Source: Chiloscyllium plagiosum (taxonomy: Eukaryota). Taken from it: DNA of 64,000 bases. A program made the position numbers and the translations under genes. This document shows positions 52,430 through 64,000 of the stretch, one piece after another (position 1 is the first letter of the stretch; every line of letters starts with the position of its first letter). The stretch spans positions 51,652,920 through 51,716,919 of the forward strand of contig NC_057719.1 of assembly GCF_004010195.1 (NCBI RefSeq). Reading direction: 5' to 3'. Under the pieces are notes generated by a model, which was not told the origin of the DNA, ran no database searches, and saw only the letters and a list, made by a program, of their open reading frames with translations.

Positions 52430-52537
52430 AACAAACTTGTGGAAACAATCTGGATGGACATTGATGATTTGAATGTTTTCAAAGTACTTGACTTGGAAGA
52501 CATAGAAAAGACTTTTTCAGCTTACCAAAGGCAACAG
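52430..52537 (+). CDS. DAAM1: DAAM1 FH2 exon: [36 protein letters not shown]
   Basis: aatag|AAC...CAG|gtaact, 108 nt. Confidence 0.96.
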
Positions 52538-52984
52538 GTAACTTGAATTAAGTTTCTGCTTCCAGCACATGGTACTAATATAGGCATAAAAGTCTGCATG
52601 TTGAACCATGTGTTGATTAGGTCAATTACGAAGAAATGCTTTATACTCAAATACTTCTCTGATTTACTGTTTCTCAGCAAATTGGATGACTTTAAACAAA
52701 ATAGGTAGTTTTGCTTTTTTAACAATGAAACATTGCATTCTTTTCTTTTTAGTGTTTAGCAGTTATGGTAGTCTGTTCATTGTAATGATAGATGGACTTG
52801 TAAACCACCATATTTCCGATAGTTCTGCAGGATTTTGAGAAATGTAGTGATATCACCAACATGATCTAAATTATGTTTCAAACTCTGAGTCACAGATCAA
52901 TAAGCAGCTTATTCTTCCATTAGTATGATCATTTCCTATTCAGTACAGAAAGGCTAACAGAAGATTAAGCAGAATTGGACAAAG

Positions 52985-55900
52985 AAAATTTACAGCTCAG
53001 GAACAGGCCCTTCTGCCCTCCAAGCCTGAGCCGATCCAAATCCACTGTCTAAACCCAATCACTGTCTATCACCCAATTCCTAAGGACCTGTATCCCTCTG
53101 CTCCCCACCTACTCGTGTATCTATCCAGACTCGTCTTAAATGAATCTATCATGCCTGCTTCTACTACCCCTGCTGGCAACATGTTCCAGGCACCTACCAC
53201 CCTCTGTGTAAAGTACGTTCCGTATGTATCCCCCTTAAACTTTTCTCCTCTGACCTTGAATGCGTGACCTCTTGTTATTGAATCCCTCATCCTGGGAAAA
53301 AAGCTTATCTCTATCTACCCTGTCTATACCCTTCATGATTTTGTAGACGTCAATCAGGTCCCCCCATCCCCTTTTTCTAATGAAAACAATGCTAACCTAC
53401 TCAACCTCTCTTCATAGATAGCACCTTCCATAACAGAACATCCACATAAACCTTCTCTGCACCCTCTCCTAAGCGTCCACATCCTTTTGGTAATTTGACG
53501 ACCAGAACAGTACACAATGGTTCAGTTGCATTTAGAATAATGTCTTGTACAATTTTAACATGACCTGCCGGCCCTTATACTCAATACTCCTTCCAATGAA
53601 GGCAAGCATACCATATACCTTCTTGACCACTCTATTCACCTGTGCAGCCACCTTCAGGGTACAATGGACCTGTACTCCCAGATCTCTCTGCTCAGCGACT
53701 TTTCCCAAGGCTCTTCCATTTACAGTATAGTTCACTCTAGAATTAGACTTTCCAAAATGCATCACCTTGCATTTGCCCAGATTGAAAGCCATCTGCCACT
53801 TCTCTGCTCAACTCTCCAGTCTATCTATATTCTCCTCCTGAATTCTTTGACAGTCCCTTATGCTTTCTGCTATTCCACCAATCTTCGTGTCATCTGCAAA
53901 CTTACTGATCAGGCCACCAGTGCCCTCTTCCAGATCATTGTTGTATGTTACAAACAACAGTGGCCCCAGCACTGATCCCTGTGGAACACCATTCGTCTCC
54001 TTTCTCCATTTCAGGAAACTCCCTTCAACTACTACTCTGTCTCCTGTTGCTCAACCAGTTCTTTATCCACCTAGCTAGAACACCCTGCACACCATGTGAC
54101 TTCACTTTCTCCATTAGTTTACCATGGGGAACCTTAACAAACGCCTTAAAGCCCATGTATATGACATCTACAGCCCTTCTTCCTCCTATCAACTTGGTCA
54201 CTTCCTCAAAGAACTCTAAGTTGGTAAGGTACGATCTGCCCCGCACAAAACCATGTTGCCTATCACTGATAAGCTCATCCTTTTCCAAATATAAATAGAT
54301 CCTATCCCTCAGTACCTTGTCCAGCAACTATCTCATCACTGATGTTAGGCTCACTGGTCTGTAGTTACCTGGAATATCCCTACTACGCTTCTGGCACAGG
54401 GGGACAACATTAGCAACACTCCAGTCTTCTGGCACTTCACCTGTGTATAAAGATGCTACAAAGATAACTGTCAGGGCCCCAGCTATTTCCGCTCTCGCCT
54501 CCCTCACAACCTGGGATAGATCCCATCCAGTCCTGGGGATTTGTCCACCCTAATATCCTTTAGCCTACTCAGCACGTCTTCCTCCTTATATCAATGTGGT
54601 CCAGAGTAAACAAACTTCTATCTCTGATCTCAACATTGATCATATCCCTCTCCTTTGTGAACACTGATGCAAAATAATCATTGAGAATCTCGCCCATTCT
54701 CTCAGGTTCAAAACATGACCATCCTTCCTTATCTTTTAGTGGACCAACCCCTTCTCTAGTTACCCTCTTGCTGCTTTTTTAAGGAATAAAAGGCCTTGGG
54801 ATTCTCCTTGCCTTGGGATTCTCCTTAATTCTGCTTGCTAAAGTTATTTCATAATCTCCTTTTTAGCCAGCTTGATTCCTCATTTAAAATTGGTCCTACT
54901 CTCCTGACATTCCTTGAAAGCCTGTTCTGTTCTTAGCTGCCTGGACCTTATGTACACTTCCCTTTCCCTCTTGGCTAGTCGCACAATTTCTCCTGTCATC
55001 CACAGTTCACTGATCTTGCCTTTCCTATCGCTTGTTTTCAAAGGGACGTGCCTCTCCTGATCTTCAACCTACCTTTGAAAGCATCCCACATATTAGGTGT
55101 GGACTTTACTTCAAATAGCTGGCCCCAATCCACATTTCCCAACTCCTGCTGAATTTTGATATAATTGGCCTTGGCACAGTTTAGTACTCTTCCCTTAGGA
55201 CCACTCTCATCTTTGTCTAAGAGTATTCTAAAACTTAGAAAATTGTGGTTACAATTCCCAAAGAAATCCCCCACTGCAACTCCTACCACATGGCCTGGTT
55301 CATTCCCCAACACCAGGTCCAATATGGCCCCTTACCTAATTGGACTATTGACCTACTGTTCTAGAAAACTTTTCTGGATGCTCCTTACAAATTCTGCCCC
55401 ATCCAGACCTCTGACAGGTGTATCCCAGTCAATGTTGGGAAAATTAAAATCTCCCATCGCCATCACCCTGTTGCCTCTACATCTTTCCATAACCTGTTTA
55501 TCTATTTATTCTTCTACCTCATGCTCAGTGTTGGGAGGCCTGTAATACAGCCCCGACAATGTAACTGCACCGTTCTTATTTCTCAGCTCTACCCATAATG
55601 CCTAACTGCTCAAGCCCTCCATATTGTCCACCTTTAGCACAGCTGTGATGTTATCCCTGACCAGCAATGCAACTCCTTTCCCCCTTCCTTTTACTTCCCT
55701 CCCTGTCCTGTCTGAAGCATCTATATGGTATATAATATGCTTTAGTTGCCAATCAAGCCCTTCTTTCAACCAAGTCTCTGTGATCGCAATAACGTCATGC
55801 TCCCAGGCACTAATTCAAGCCCCAAGTTCATCTGTTTTACCCACTATACCCCTTGCATGAAAGTATATGCTCTTCAGACCACTGGTTCCTTTGTGTTCCT

Positions 55901-56190
55901 CTGTTCTCTGCCTACTCTTCCTCTTGGTAATGCTAACTTCATGATCCTTTACAGTCTCCAGTTTCCACCTCACTGTCTACTAGTCGGCTTTTCTGGTTCC
56001 CAGCCCCCTGCTCCATTAGTTTAAGTCCTTACCTTCCCAACAACTTCCTGGTATCCAAAGTCACCTCAGCTCTATAGCCCGCTGCTCTCAGACAGGAAAA
56101 ATACCGTGGGCTTTGAAGGTAAGTATTTATACTAAGTCCTTGCCTTCCTGACAGCCTCCTGGTCTCCAATGTTACCTCTGCTCTGTCTCC
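52985..56190 (-). mobile_element. CR1 LINE with most of ORF2 (endonuclease and RT), frameshifted
   Basis: DLVLGNEPG, QHGFVRGRSYLTNL, FNLGKCKVMHFG, FTQRVVGAWN in ORFs 53069-55322. Confidence 0.92.
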
Positions 56191-56709
56191 CACTGCTACC
56201 GGACAGGGAAAAGAAATTGAGATCTATTCCTATCCCTGTGCTCAGTGGAGGTTAAAACATTAATTTTGGCTGTTGAATGTAGAAGGACCAAATCCTTTGC
56301 ATTCTGAACTATTGAGTAGCTAGTAAAAGATTCTGTGATGAGAGAGGAATTAGTAAAAAGTTGTTTATGCTTACACTTGTTAATACATGGAAAATATTTG
56401 TGGCAGAAGTCACTACGCCTACAAGACAAAATGAAGAAGCGCAAGCAGAAAAATATAGTGGCCTACTTCAAACTTTACATACAGTATGACTTAGTTTTAG
56501 ATTACACTCGCAAGGGATCAGTGCAGACAAGAAAAAATGCTTCCTTGCGTTCTAGACATTCAATCGTTCAATTCATTTTGAATCTCATGCATATTCTTTT
56601 TAAGATTTTTAAAACGTTTGGTGTGTGAATTGCCTTTTAAGCTTATACAATATTGCAGAAATGTTAATACAATTTATTTAAATTAATTCTGAGATTTGGA
56701 TGACATAGC

Positions 56710-57347
56710 TGTGACAATACCATGGCTTTCAGAGATGTATTTTGTCCTTTTCTTTAATGGTGAGGTTGAGACAGAGATGCTGAGTGGTTTGTTTCAAATC
56801 AATAAAGTAAACAGCTTGTGAGGCCTCAGGGTTTTTTTTTGAAAGGTTGGAATAATAGAAGCAGCATAAATGGGTGGGGTCAAGCTCCCAGAGTGTCAGG
56901 AATTTAGTTTGACTTTCAGTAGTTGCTGGGGTCTGGAAGCTGGATGTGGAAGCTGTTGTTCTTTTCTCTGATATAGCGAAAAGCTGGGGTGTTCTCCCTC
57001 TGCTGTTAGAATTGCATGTGAAACAATTTATTTTACTGAATTTGCCTCTGCCAAGGATTTGTTTATGGGATGTTACTATTTTGGAACAACTAATCAGTGG
57101 GTATATAATGCATCGTATCTTAAATATTTTGATAGCGATAGTAAAGCTAATTTTTAAATTATTTTGAATGTATTTTAACTATAGTATAACAATAAAACAT
57201 GTTTTGCTTCAAGCCTGGTGGTCTGACCAATCGAATTGCACTTGGAACACAACGCCTTACACTTGCCTTTCACACTAAAAAAAAGTTGGGGTCTCGGCCA
57301 CCACCTTTAAAATATTTTGAGGGGGTTTGGTCTGGTTCATAACAACA
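56710..57347 (+). mobile_element. Probable solo LTR
   Basis: TGTGAC...CATAACA(ACA) termini, AATAAA at 57191, flanking direct repeat (ACA)TAGC. Confidence 0.65.
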
Positions 57348-57858
57348 TAGCTTGTTGCATTATATTATGACGCTTTAGTGTTTGATTACCGAACAAGTTC
57401 AGATGTTCCAACCTTTCTCAGGAGCATCTGTATCTCAACAAGCTTCAGTAACACTTTTTATAAAATCATCATTAGACCACACAGTATTGAAGTTACAAAT
57501 TTAAACACTTCTGTAGGATTGTTGAAATGTTGTATCTATTTTGACGTTGTGAGCAGTGTATGTTTGGAATGTATAATTTGATAACAATATTATCCAGATT
57601 CTGGTAAACTTGCACTCATTGTAACTTATTCTATGCCTGAACTACTACCACATGGTGAAAGGGTTAACCTTGGCAGATGACGTTCTTGCTTGTTGTGCAA
57701 AAATCTCTAATCACATTCTCATCATGCTCTATCCACTTTGTTGTGCTGTATCTATTTTATTTTCAATTTTGCAACAATCGCTGAACTGCAGTTTTTAAAA
57801 TTGCTATTAACTGATGCTACCTGTTATCCTCCTTTTTTTGCTTTTGGCCTGCATTTAG

Positions 57859-57888
57859 GACTTCTTTCTCAGCAATCATTCCAAACAG
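57859..57888 (+). CDS. DAAM1: DAAM1 30-nt microexon in the FH2 linker: DFFLSNHSKQ
   Basis: polypyrimidine tract, tgcatttag|GAC...CAG|gtaagc; symmetric phase 0; aligns with recalled human DFFVNSNSKQ between YQRQQ and KEAD. Confidence 0.92.
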
Positions 57889-59309
57889 GTAAGCATGTGC
57901 TTTGATAAAGCAAAAGGGATCTATTTGTATATAAATCAGAGTGTGAGGTTTATGGTGGTGAAAATATACGTTGAAGTTAGTTGTTTGATTTTTGAGTATA
58001 TGTCGATTTTAGTGAGTATTCTCAGCTCTATCTTTGTAGCATAACTGACAAATCATTTAATGTAATATTTTCTAATCCACTGAAAACTGTGCAGAGGTAT
58101 AAATTTATACTCTGAGCATGTAAACATTGTTACAATGGAACCTGATTATTGAATAATTTGGAAATAGAATTATCACCAAGATAAATGGGGAAGTAGAATA
58201 TTATGCCAATTAATTTTACCTTATTAAAGTTGTAAACAGGCTCTGACAATTCTGTACTTAATGGGTTGCAGCATGATTTATAATATTAAATTTTACACAT
58301 TTTTGAAATAAAAAGACCCTCATTGCTTAACTTCAGTACTCAAATTGCAAACGCACTTTGCTTTGCACCTAAAATTTAAGGACATGGTTTGTTAATGTTC
58401 CATATTTCAGTTTATGCAACAAGCTTTGTATTTTTATTTGCTAAAATGGGAACATAACATTTTAAGTGATGTATGATTTCCTACTACATTATTATCTGTC
58501 ATGCATTGATTACAGAATGCCACTTTAGTCCTCAGGCCATATAGATTACCAATAATTGAGAGATTTCTAGAAAAAGCTTACGCATATTGCATGCATTCAT
58601 AGATGTCGATTTTCCTGCATTTGCTATTTTATCTGTTTAGCGATTCTGTGTCTCTGCCTTCATTTTGTTGCTGAATGATGCAAGGCACCTCCCTAAGGGT
58701 TGTCACTGACCTCATCCAGTGTCCACCCTTGGACACTACCAGGTGTTGGATATGAATCTAGAATTGTGATTTCTAACCGATATTTTCCTCATCAGAGAAC
58801 TAAAGCTAATTGTTCTAAACTAATAATTTACCAACTTGATACTGATTATTCAAGGCCTTTGTGATCTTGTGTGTAGTTGATTTTCAAATTGGATTGTTTA
58901 TCAACAGAATCATTTAAATAATGTCAAAAATTGCCTAAATTTGTAAGTTTTGGGCTGAATTTGTGTGTCCAGTCTAAACAGATAGTAGTCAGCTGAAAGT
59001 AATTTAGCGTTAATAGCTGAACAGCATTATTCAAATGAGACCTGAAAATTGAACATGTGTTTTGCTTAGGAAGTTGGCAGTGTAAGCACACTAACATCCC
59101 CCGTAAGCATAAAGCTGGACAACTCATAGTCCAACAGCTGTTTAAGAAGGACAGGATATATGTTAAGAAATGTTTTGTCATACTTTACAGAAGTTGGTGT
59201 CTGTTCCTATCCATGCTGAAAGCAACAGCTTAGTTGTTGCTCATCTACAATCCAAAACTTTATCAAGCCAAGGAAATTTATGACAATTTAAGTTATAAAT
59301 ACATCTATT

Positions 59310-59632
59310 TGGATGGCACAGTGGTTAATGCTGTTGCCTCTCAGCGCCAGGGATCTGAGTTCAATTCTAGCCTTGGGTGACAGTCTATGTGGAATTTGCA
59401 TGTTCTCACTGGGTCTGTGTGTGTTTCCTCCCTCGGTCCAAAGTTGTGCACGTGAGGTAGGTTGACCACAGCAAACTGTCCTGTACTGCCTAGGAATGTG
59501 TAGGTTTTGTGGGTTAGCCATGGTATACGTGGGATTATGGGGATAGGATGGGGTGCTGGGTCTGGGCGGGAGGTTTGATGCAGACTTAATGGGCTGAATG
59601 GCTTCTTTCTGCACTGTAGTGATACAGTGATT
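59310..59632 (+). mobile_element. Degenerate HE1/V-SINE-type SINE
   Basis: tggcacagtggttaatgctgttgcctc head; tail gggctgaatggcttctttctgcactgt. Confidence 0.8.
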
Positions 59633-60093
59633 CTACTAGTCCCAAATTTAATTTGATACCTTAACGTTTTACCAGACTGGAGCGAACTTAACTTATGAGA
59701 CAGATTGAATGCTTTCCAGATAATTTTTCTATTGTATATTTGTATTTACATTGTGTTATTCATTGACACATTTAATGCAAAGTCTTGGTCTAAAGTAGGT
59801 AATGAAGCCATTGAGCATGCGTTGATTAATGGGGATGTCTTTTATAATGTGATAACCAAATCCGCACGTAGAGCTGATAATACTTGGAAATGTTTTTAAC
59901 TATGCATCTTTCATTTTAACCCTCAAAACTTTTATAGAGATGATCCAAATGTCTGGAAATAGTGTTATTTGATTTTTTAAATTGTTAAAAGCATGCTGTG
60001 ACTGTAGCCCCACGAATAAAATTTGCCTACATGGTTAAATCTTCTATGGTATATTCAATTTAATTACTATTGTAATATTTTCTTGGCCCACAG

Positions 60094-60200
60094 AAAGAGA
60101 CAGATGCCAATGAAGACGCATTTAATTCCACCAAGAAAGTGAAAGAACTATCAGTAATTGATGGGCGAAGAGCCCAGAATTGCAACATTCTTCTATCCAG
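60094..60200 (+). CDS. DAAM1: DAAM1 FH2 exon: [35 protein letters not shown](R)
   Basis: cacag|AAA...TCC AG|gtaatt, 107 nt; FH2 motif RAQNCNILL. Confidence 0.96.
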
Positions 60201-61119
60201 GTAATTGCTTTATTTTTATAAGAAAAAGTGACACTATTTATTTTATTTTAAATTCTTAAAATAATTATAAGGTGTTCTTGAGTGCTTGTTTATTCAAACA
60301 TGAAAAAACTGAAGTTGTAAGCATATAATTGGCACAAGTACACTCCAGAACTGTTGAGAATGTCGGGCAACGTTTAGTACCAGTGTGACTGTTGGAAAAG
60401 GCAACTTGTTGAATTGGGATTTTGAATTGGCATATCAGTGTACCTGAGTCTATGCATTAATTCCAACATAAATTATTAATACCAACTGCACTTGCATTGC
60501 TGCTTCTGCCCCAGCTTTCAGATCTTTCCCACCCTTCCCTGATTTGCAGAACTTTGCCAGCCTGCAAGCTCTAGTTTTTAATGAGATTCATTCCCTTGCT
60601 CTAGATTTAGTCTCTCTGGTCTTCTGCAACCTCTGCACCTGAAGCTCCTCTGTCCATTGTGTGTTTGCACCAGTCTTTAAGTCTGTAACCAAGTAGAGAT
60701 ATTGTTGTGATTCCATTTCCTCTTCAAAGTTGACTCTATACTACTTGCAAATACAAATCTGTTGAAGCTTGGGCATTTTTCTCAAAGAAATTGATTAGTA
60801 CTGTGCGGATATAAACATTATAGAACAAAATTAAATGTAATTTAAGAGTACTTAATTAACTGTAAAGCACTTTGGGATGTTCTGAGATTGTGAAAGGCAC
60901 AATATAAATCTAAGTTGTTTATTTTTCTTTAAATGTAATGTTCCAACTATAATTATATTGCTGATTGTGCTGATGTAACCTATTGATGCCTACAGTCCAT
61001 GAACAACTGTCACAACTTCTTTTAAGAATATGCAGGGCCATATTTTCTGAGGAATAGCAATCTTGTGCAGATTGCCATCTTACTCCTCACATTACAAAAG
61101 GTGGGAATTCTCCATTTCT

Positions 61120-62935
61120 GGTTTGATTTGATTTTATTATTTCACCTGTACTGAGATACAGTGAAAAGTATTGTTTTGCATGCTAACCAGACAAATTATA
61201 TCTTGCATAAGTACATCAGGGTGATAGAAGAGAATGGTAGAATATAGTGTTACTGCTACAGAGAAGCAGCAGAGAAAAACTGATTCTAATATGAGAGGGC
61301 CATTCATAGGTCTGATGCCAGCAGGGAAAAAGCTGTTCTTAAATCTTTTGTTGAATGTTTTCAAGCCTTTCTATCTTCTGCCTGATGAAAAAGGATGGAA
61401 GAGAGCATAACTGGGGTGGGAGGGGTCTTTGATCATATTGACTGCTTTCCTGAGGCACTGGGAATTATAGACAGAGTCAGTAGATGGAAGGCTGGTTTTT
61501 GTGATTGACTGGAATGCATTCACAACTTTTATTTTGGTAATTTCTTGTGATCTTGGGCAGAGCAGTTACCATATTATGCTGTGATGCATCTGGGTAGGGT
61601 GTGTTCTATGGTGCACGTATAAAAATTGGTAAGACTCATTGTGGACATGTTGAATTTCTTTCACCTTGTGAGGAAGTAGAGGCATTGGTTTGCTTTCTTG
61701 ATTTGTAGCATAGATGTGGACGGACCAGGACAGATTGGTGATATTTACTCCTCGGAACGCAAAGCTCTCAACCATATCTACCTCAGCACCATTGATACAG
61801 ACAGGGGCACGTTCTCCACACTGCTTCCTGAAGACAATGACCAGCTCCTTCAATTTGCTGATATTGAGGGAGAGAGTGTTTCCTTTACACCAAGCTATTA
61901 TGCTGTCCATCTCTTTCCTGTACTCTGTCTTGTCATTTGAGATCTGACCCACTACGGTGTTGTCATCAGCAGATTTGTAGGCAGTAGCCATTAAGGCATG
62001 TTGCTTGATTTTAATTTGGCACACAATGGTAGCGATTGTCTTGAAGCGTGGGAACCTCACGTTGTAAGAAGAGGTTAAAGACGTCTGTAAATGCTCCCAC
62101 CAGCTGGTCCATGCAGGATCTGACTGCGTAACTGGGGACTCCATCTGGATCAGTTGTTTGCCACAGGTTGACTTACAAGAAGGCTGATCTGACGCCTATG
62201 ATGACTGTGGCTGTAGATGCCTGAGGCTGCCATAGTAGGTGACCTCAGTTTGCTGATCTTCTGTACAAAATGAACAGAGTGCATTGTTGTCAGCAATCCA
62301 TTTGACTTTACTTTGTGGCCTGTTATATCATGTAAGCTTCACTACAGTTGGCTTGTGTTTGTGTGATTAGTCTTGGACTCTAGTTTAGTCTGATATGGTC
62401 TCTTGGCTGTGTGAAAATCGTACCTACATTTCCTGTATATGCCAGGGTTATCTGATTTGGATGCCTCGGACCTGGACTTCAGTGGGGAGTGAATTTTTCA
62501 AGTTCATCCGTGATTTCCACATGGGGAACACTCAGATTAACATTTTTGGCAGGTGGTCATATACATGCTTAATAAAGAAGTCTGTGACAGTAGTGGCATA
62601 CTCATTTACTTCGGCTGCTGAGTTCTTGAATATGAACTAGTCCACCAACTACAAGCAGTCACAGAGCAGCACTGTCCGACTTTGTATTCCAGATTCTCAC
62701 ATTTCAGTTTCTGCTTGTAAGCTGGGAGAAAGAGTGCAGCGTTGTGATCTGACTTATTACAATATGGGTGGAGAAATGAGCAGTAGGCATCTTTGGTTAG
62801 ATAGCAATGGTCTCGGTTGTTTGGGCCTCTGGTGGGACAGGAGACGTGTTGGTATCTTAGTAGCACATTCTTTAGGTAACTTCAACTTGGCCAACCTCTA
62901 GCTGAAGTTCTGAGATGTAATCCCCATCAGGGCTC
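61120..62935 (-). mobile_element. Rex1/Babar-like LINE, internally deleted
   Basis: YKSADDNTVVGQIS...WCKGNTLSLNISKLKELVIVFRK (RT) and YQHVSCPTRG..DHCY...SDH (endonuclease). Confidence 0.8.
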
Positions 62936-62987
62936 CTTCAGAAATATGGAGCTGTTCTTCCATTCTAACAGTTCTTTCATAGCCCAA

Positions 62988-63378
62988 CATACCAGGATGT
63001 TGCCAGGTTTGAGTTATAAAGAAAGGCCGGGACGTTTTTTGCTGGAACTTAGGTTGCAAAGCGACCTGATAGAAGTTTATAAAGTAATGAGGCATGGAGT
63101 TAATGGTTTCTTTTCCCTCGGATGGGGGACTTCAAAACTAGGAGGCAAATTTTTATGGTGAGAGGAGAGGGATTTTAAAGGCATGAGAGGCAAGTTCTTT
63201 TGACAGAGGATGGTTTGTGTATGTGGAATGAACTTCCTGAGGAAGTGGTGGATACAGGTACAATTACAACATTTAAAAGATGTTTGAATAGATACATGAA
63301 TAGGAAAGATTTGGAGGGATATGGGCCAGCATGGACTGATTGGAACGAAGGATCTGTTTCCGTGTTGTATGACTTTAT
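62988..63378 (+). mobile_element. CR1 LINE 3' fragment (family of 303-770)
   Basis: WNELPEEVVDTGTITTFKR.L.RYMNRK. Confidence 0.85.
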
Positions 63379-63594
63379 AACTGCTGGGGGGAGGCAAGCC
63401 ATGCCCCCATTTCATAGAAGTTGATTGCAATATTCTGAAATTCGAAGGACCAGAATCTCTGGTAATGATTTTGACAGCTGTTGTCTTATCAACTCCTGTC
63501 TATGCTGGTCAGGCCATTGTCATGTACTAATGTACTAAACGTTTACTTATTTTGTGTGTTGGTAACAGAAATCTGAGGATGCTAGCTGGCGTTT

Positions 63595-64000
63595 TATTAA
63601 TTCTTGGGATGCGAGCAGCACTGGCAAGGATGCAGCTTATTGCTCCTGAGTTGGTATTGAACTACTGCAGTACATGTGGTATAGGTACACCCACGATGTT
63701 GTGAGGAAGGGAGTGCCAGGATTTTTAAGTTAGTTCATGAGATATGGATGTCGCTGTCTTGACTAGCATTTAATGCTGATCTCAAATTGCTTTGAACTGA
63801 GTGGCAAAGAATCAGTAGCATTGCAGGTCTGAGTTGTATGTGGACCAGACAAGGGAAGGATGGCAGATTTTCAAAAGGACATAAGTGAACCAGATGGGTT
63901 TTCTGACAATTGCTTATAATGTGGTTACACGTTCGCAGAATTTTTTTATATTGAAGTCAAATTTCGCCATCTACCATGGGGGATTTGAATCGTTTCTCCA
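63595..64000 (-). mobile_element. LINE-tail fragment plus SINE of the 4665 family
   Basis: two copies of the shared tail; gacataagtgaaccagatgggttttctgacaat body. Confidence 0.6.

Overview
AT-rich eukaryotic (vertebrate) genomic DNA, almost certainly a shark, inferred from HE1/V-SINE-type SINEs and abundant CR1-type LINE and Penelope families. The window is an internal part of the formin gene DAAM1 on the + strand. I traced 15 coding exons (19086-60200) with consistent splice phases, covering the GBD/FH3, coiled-coil, FH1 and start of the FH2 domain. The start-codon exon was not found and is presumably upstream; the rest of FH2/DAD lies downstream. Gene-level points of note are a 30-nt microexon (57859-57888, DFFLSNHSKQ) with SRRM3/4-type and RBFOX-type motifs, and two GC-AG introns. 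The introns hold nested CR1 LINEs, SINEs, a Rex1/Babar LINE, Gypsy and Copia-order LTR relics, two probable solo LTRs and a MITE. The most striking non-annotated signal is a set of Penelope-like (PLE) insertions from several families. They range from a 3.4-kb RT+GIY-YIG element down to ~200-bp hairpins, a 130-bp solo unit and a 37-bp tail. Most have target-site duplications and a minimal hammerhead-ribozyme core (CTGANGA-stem II-GAAA-palindrome-UH), and three of these cores are intact on the DAAM1 sense strand. One N gap (38784-38856) sits in a suspiciously near-identical inverted repeat. All calls come from reading the sequence and from recalled family knowledge; no searches were run.
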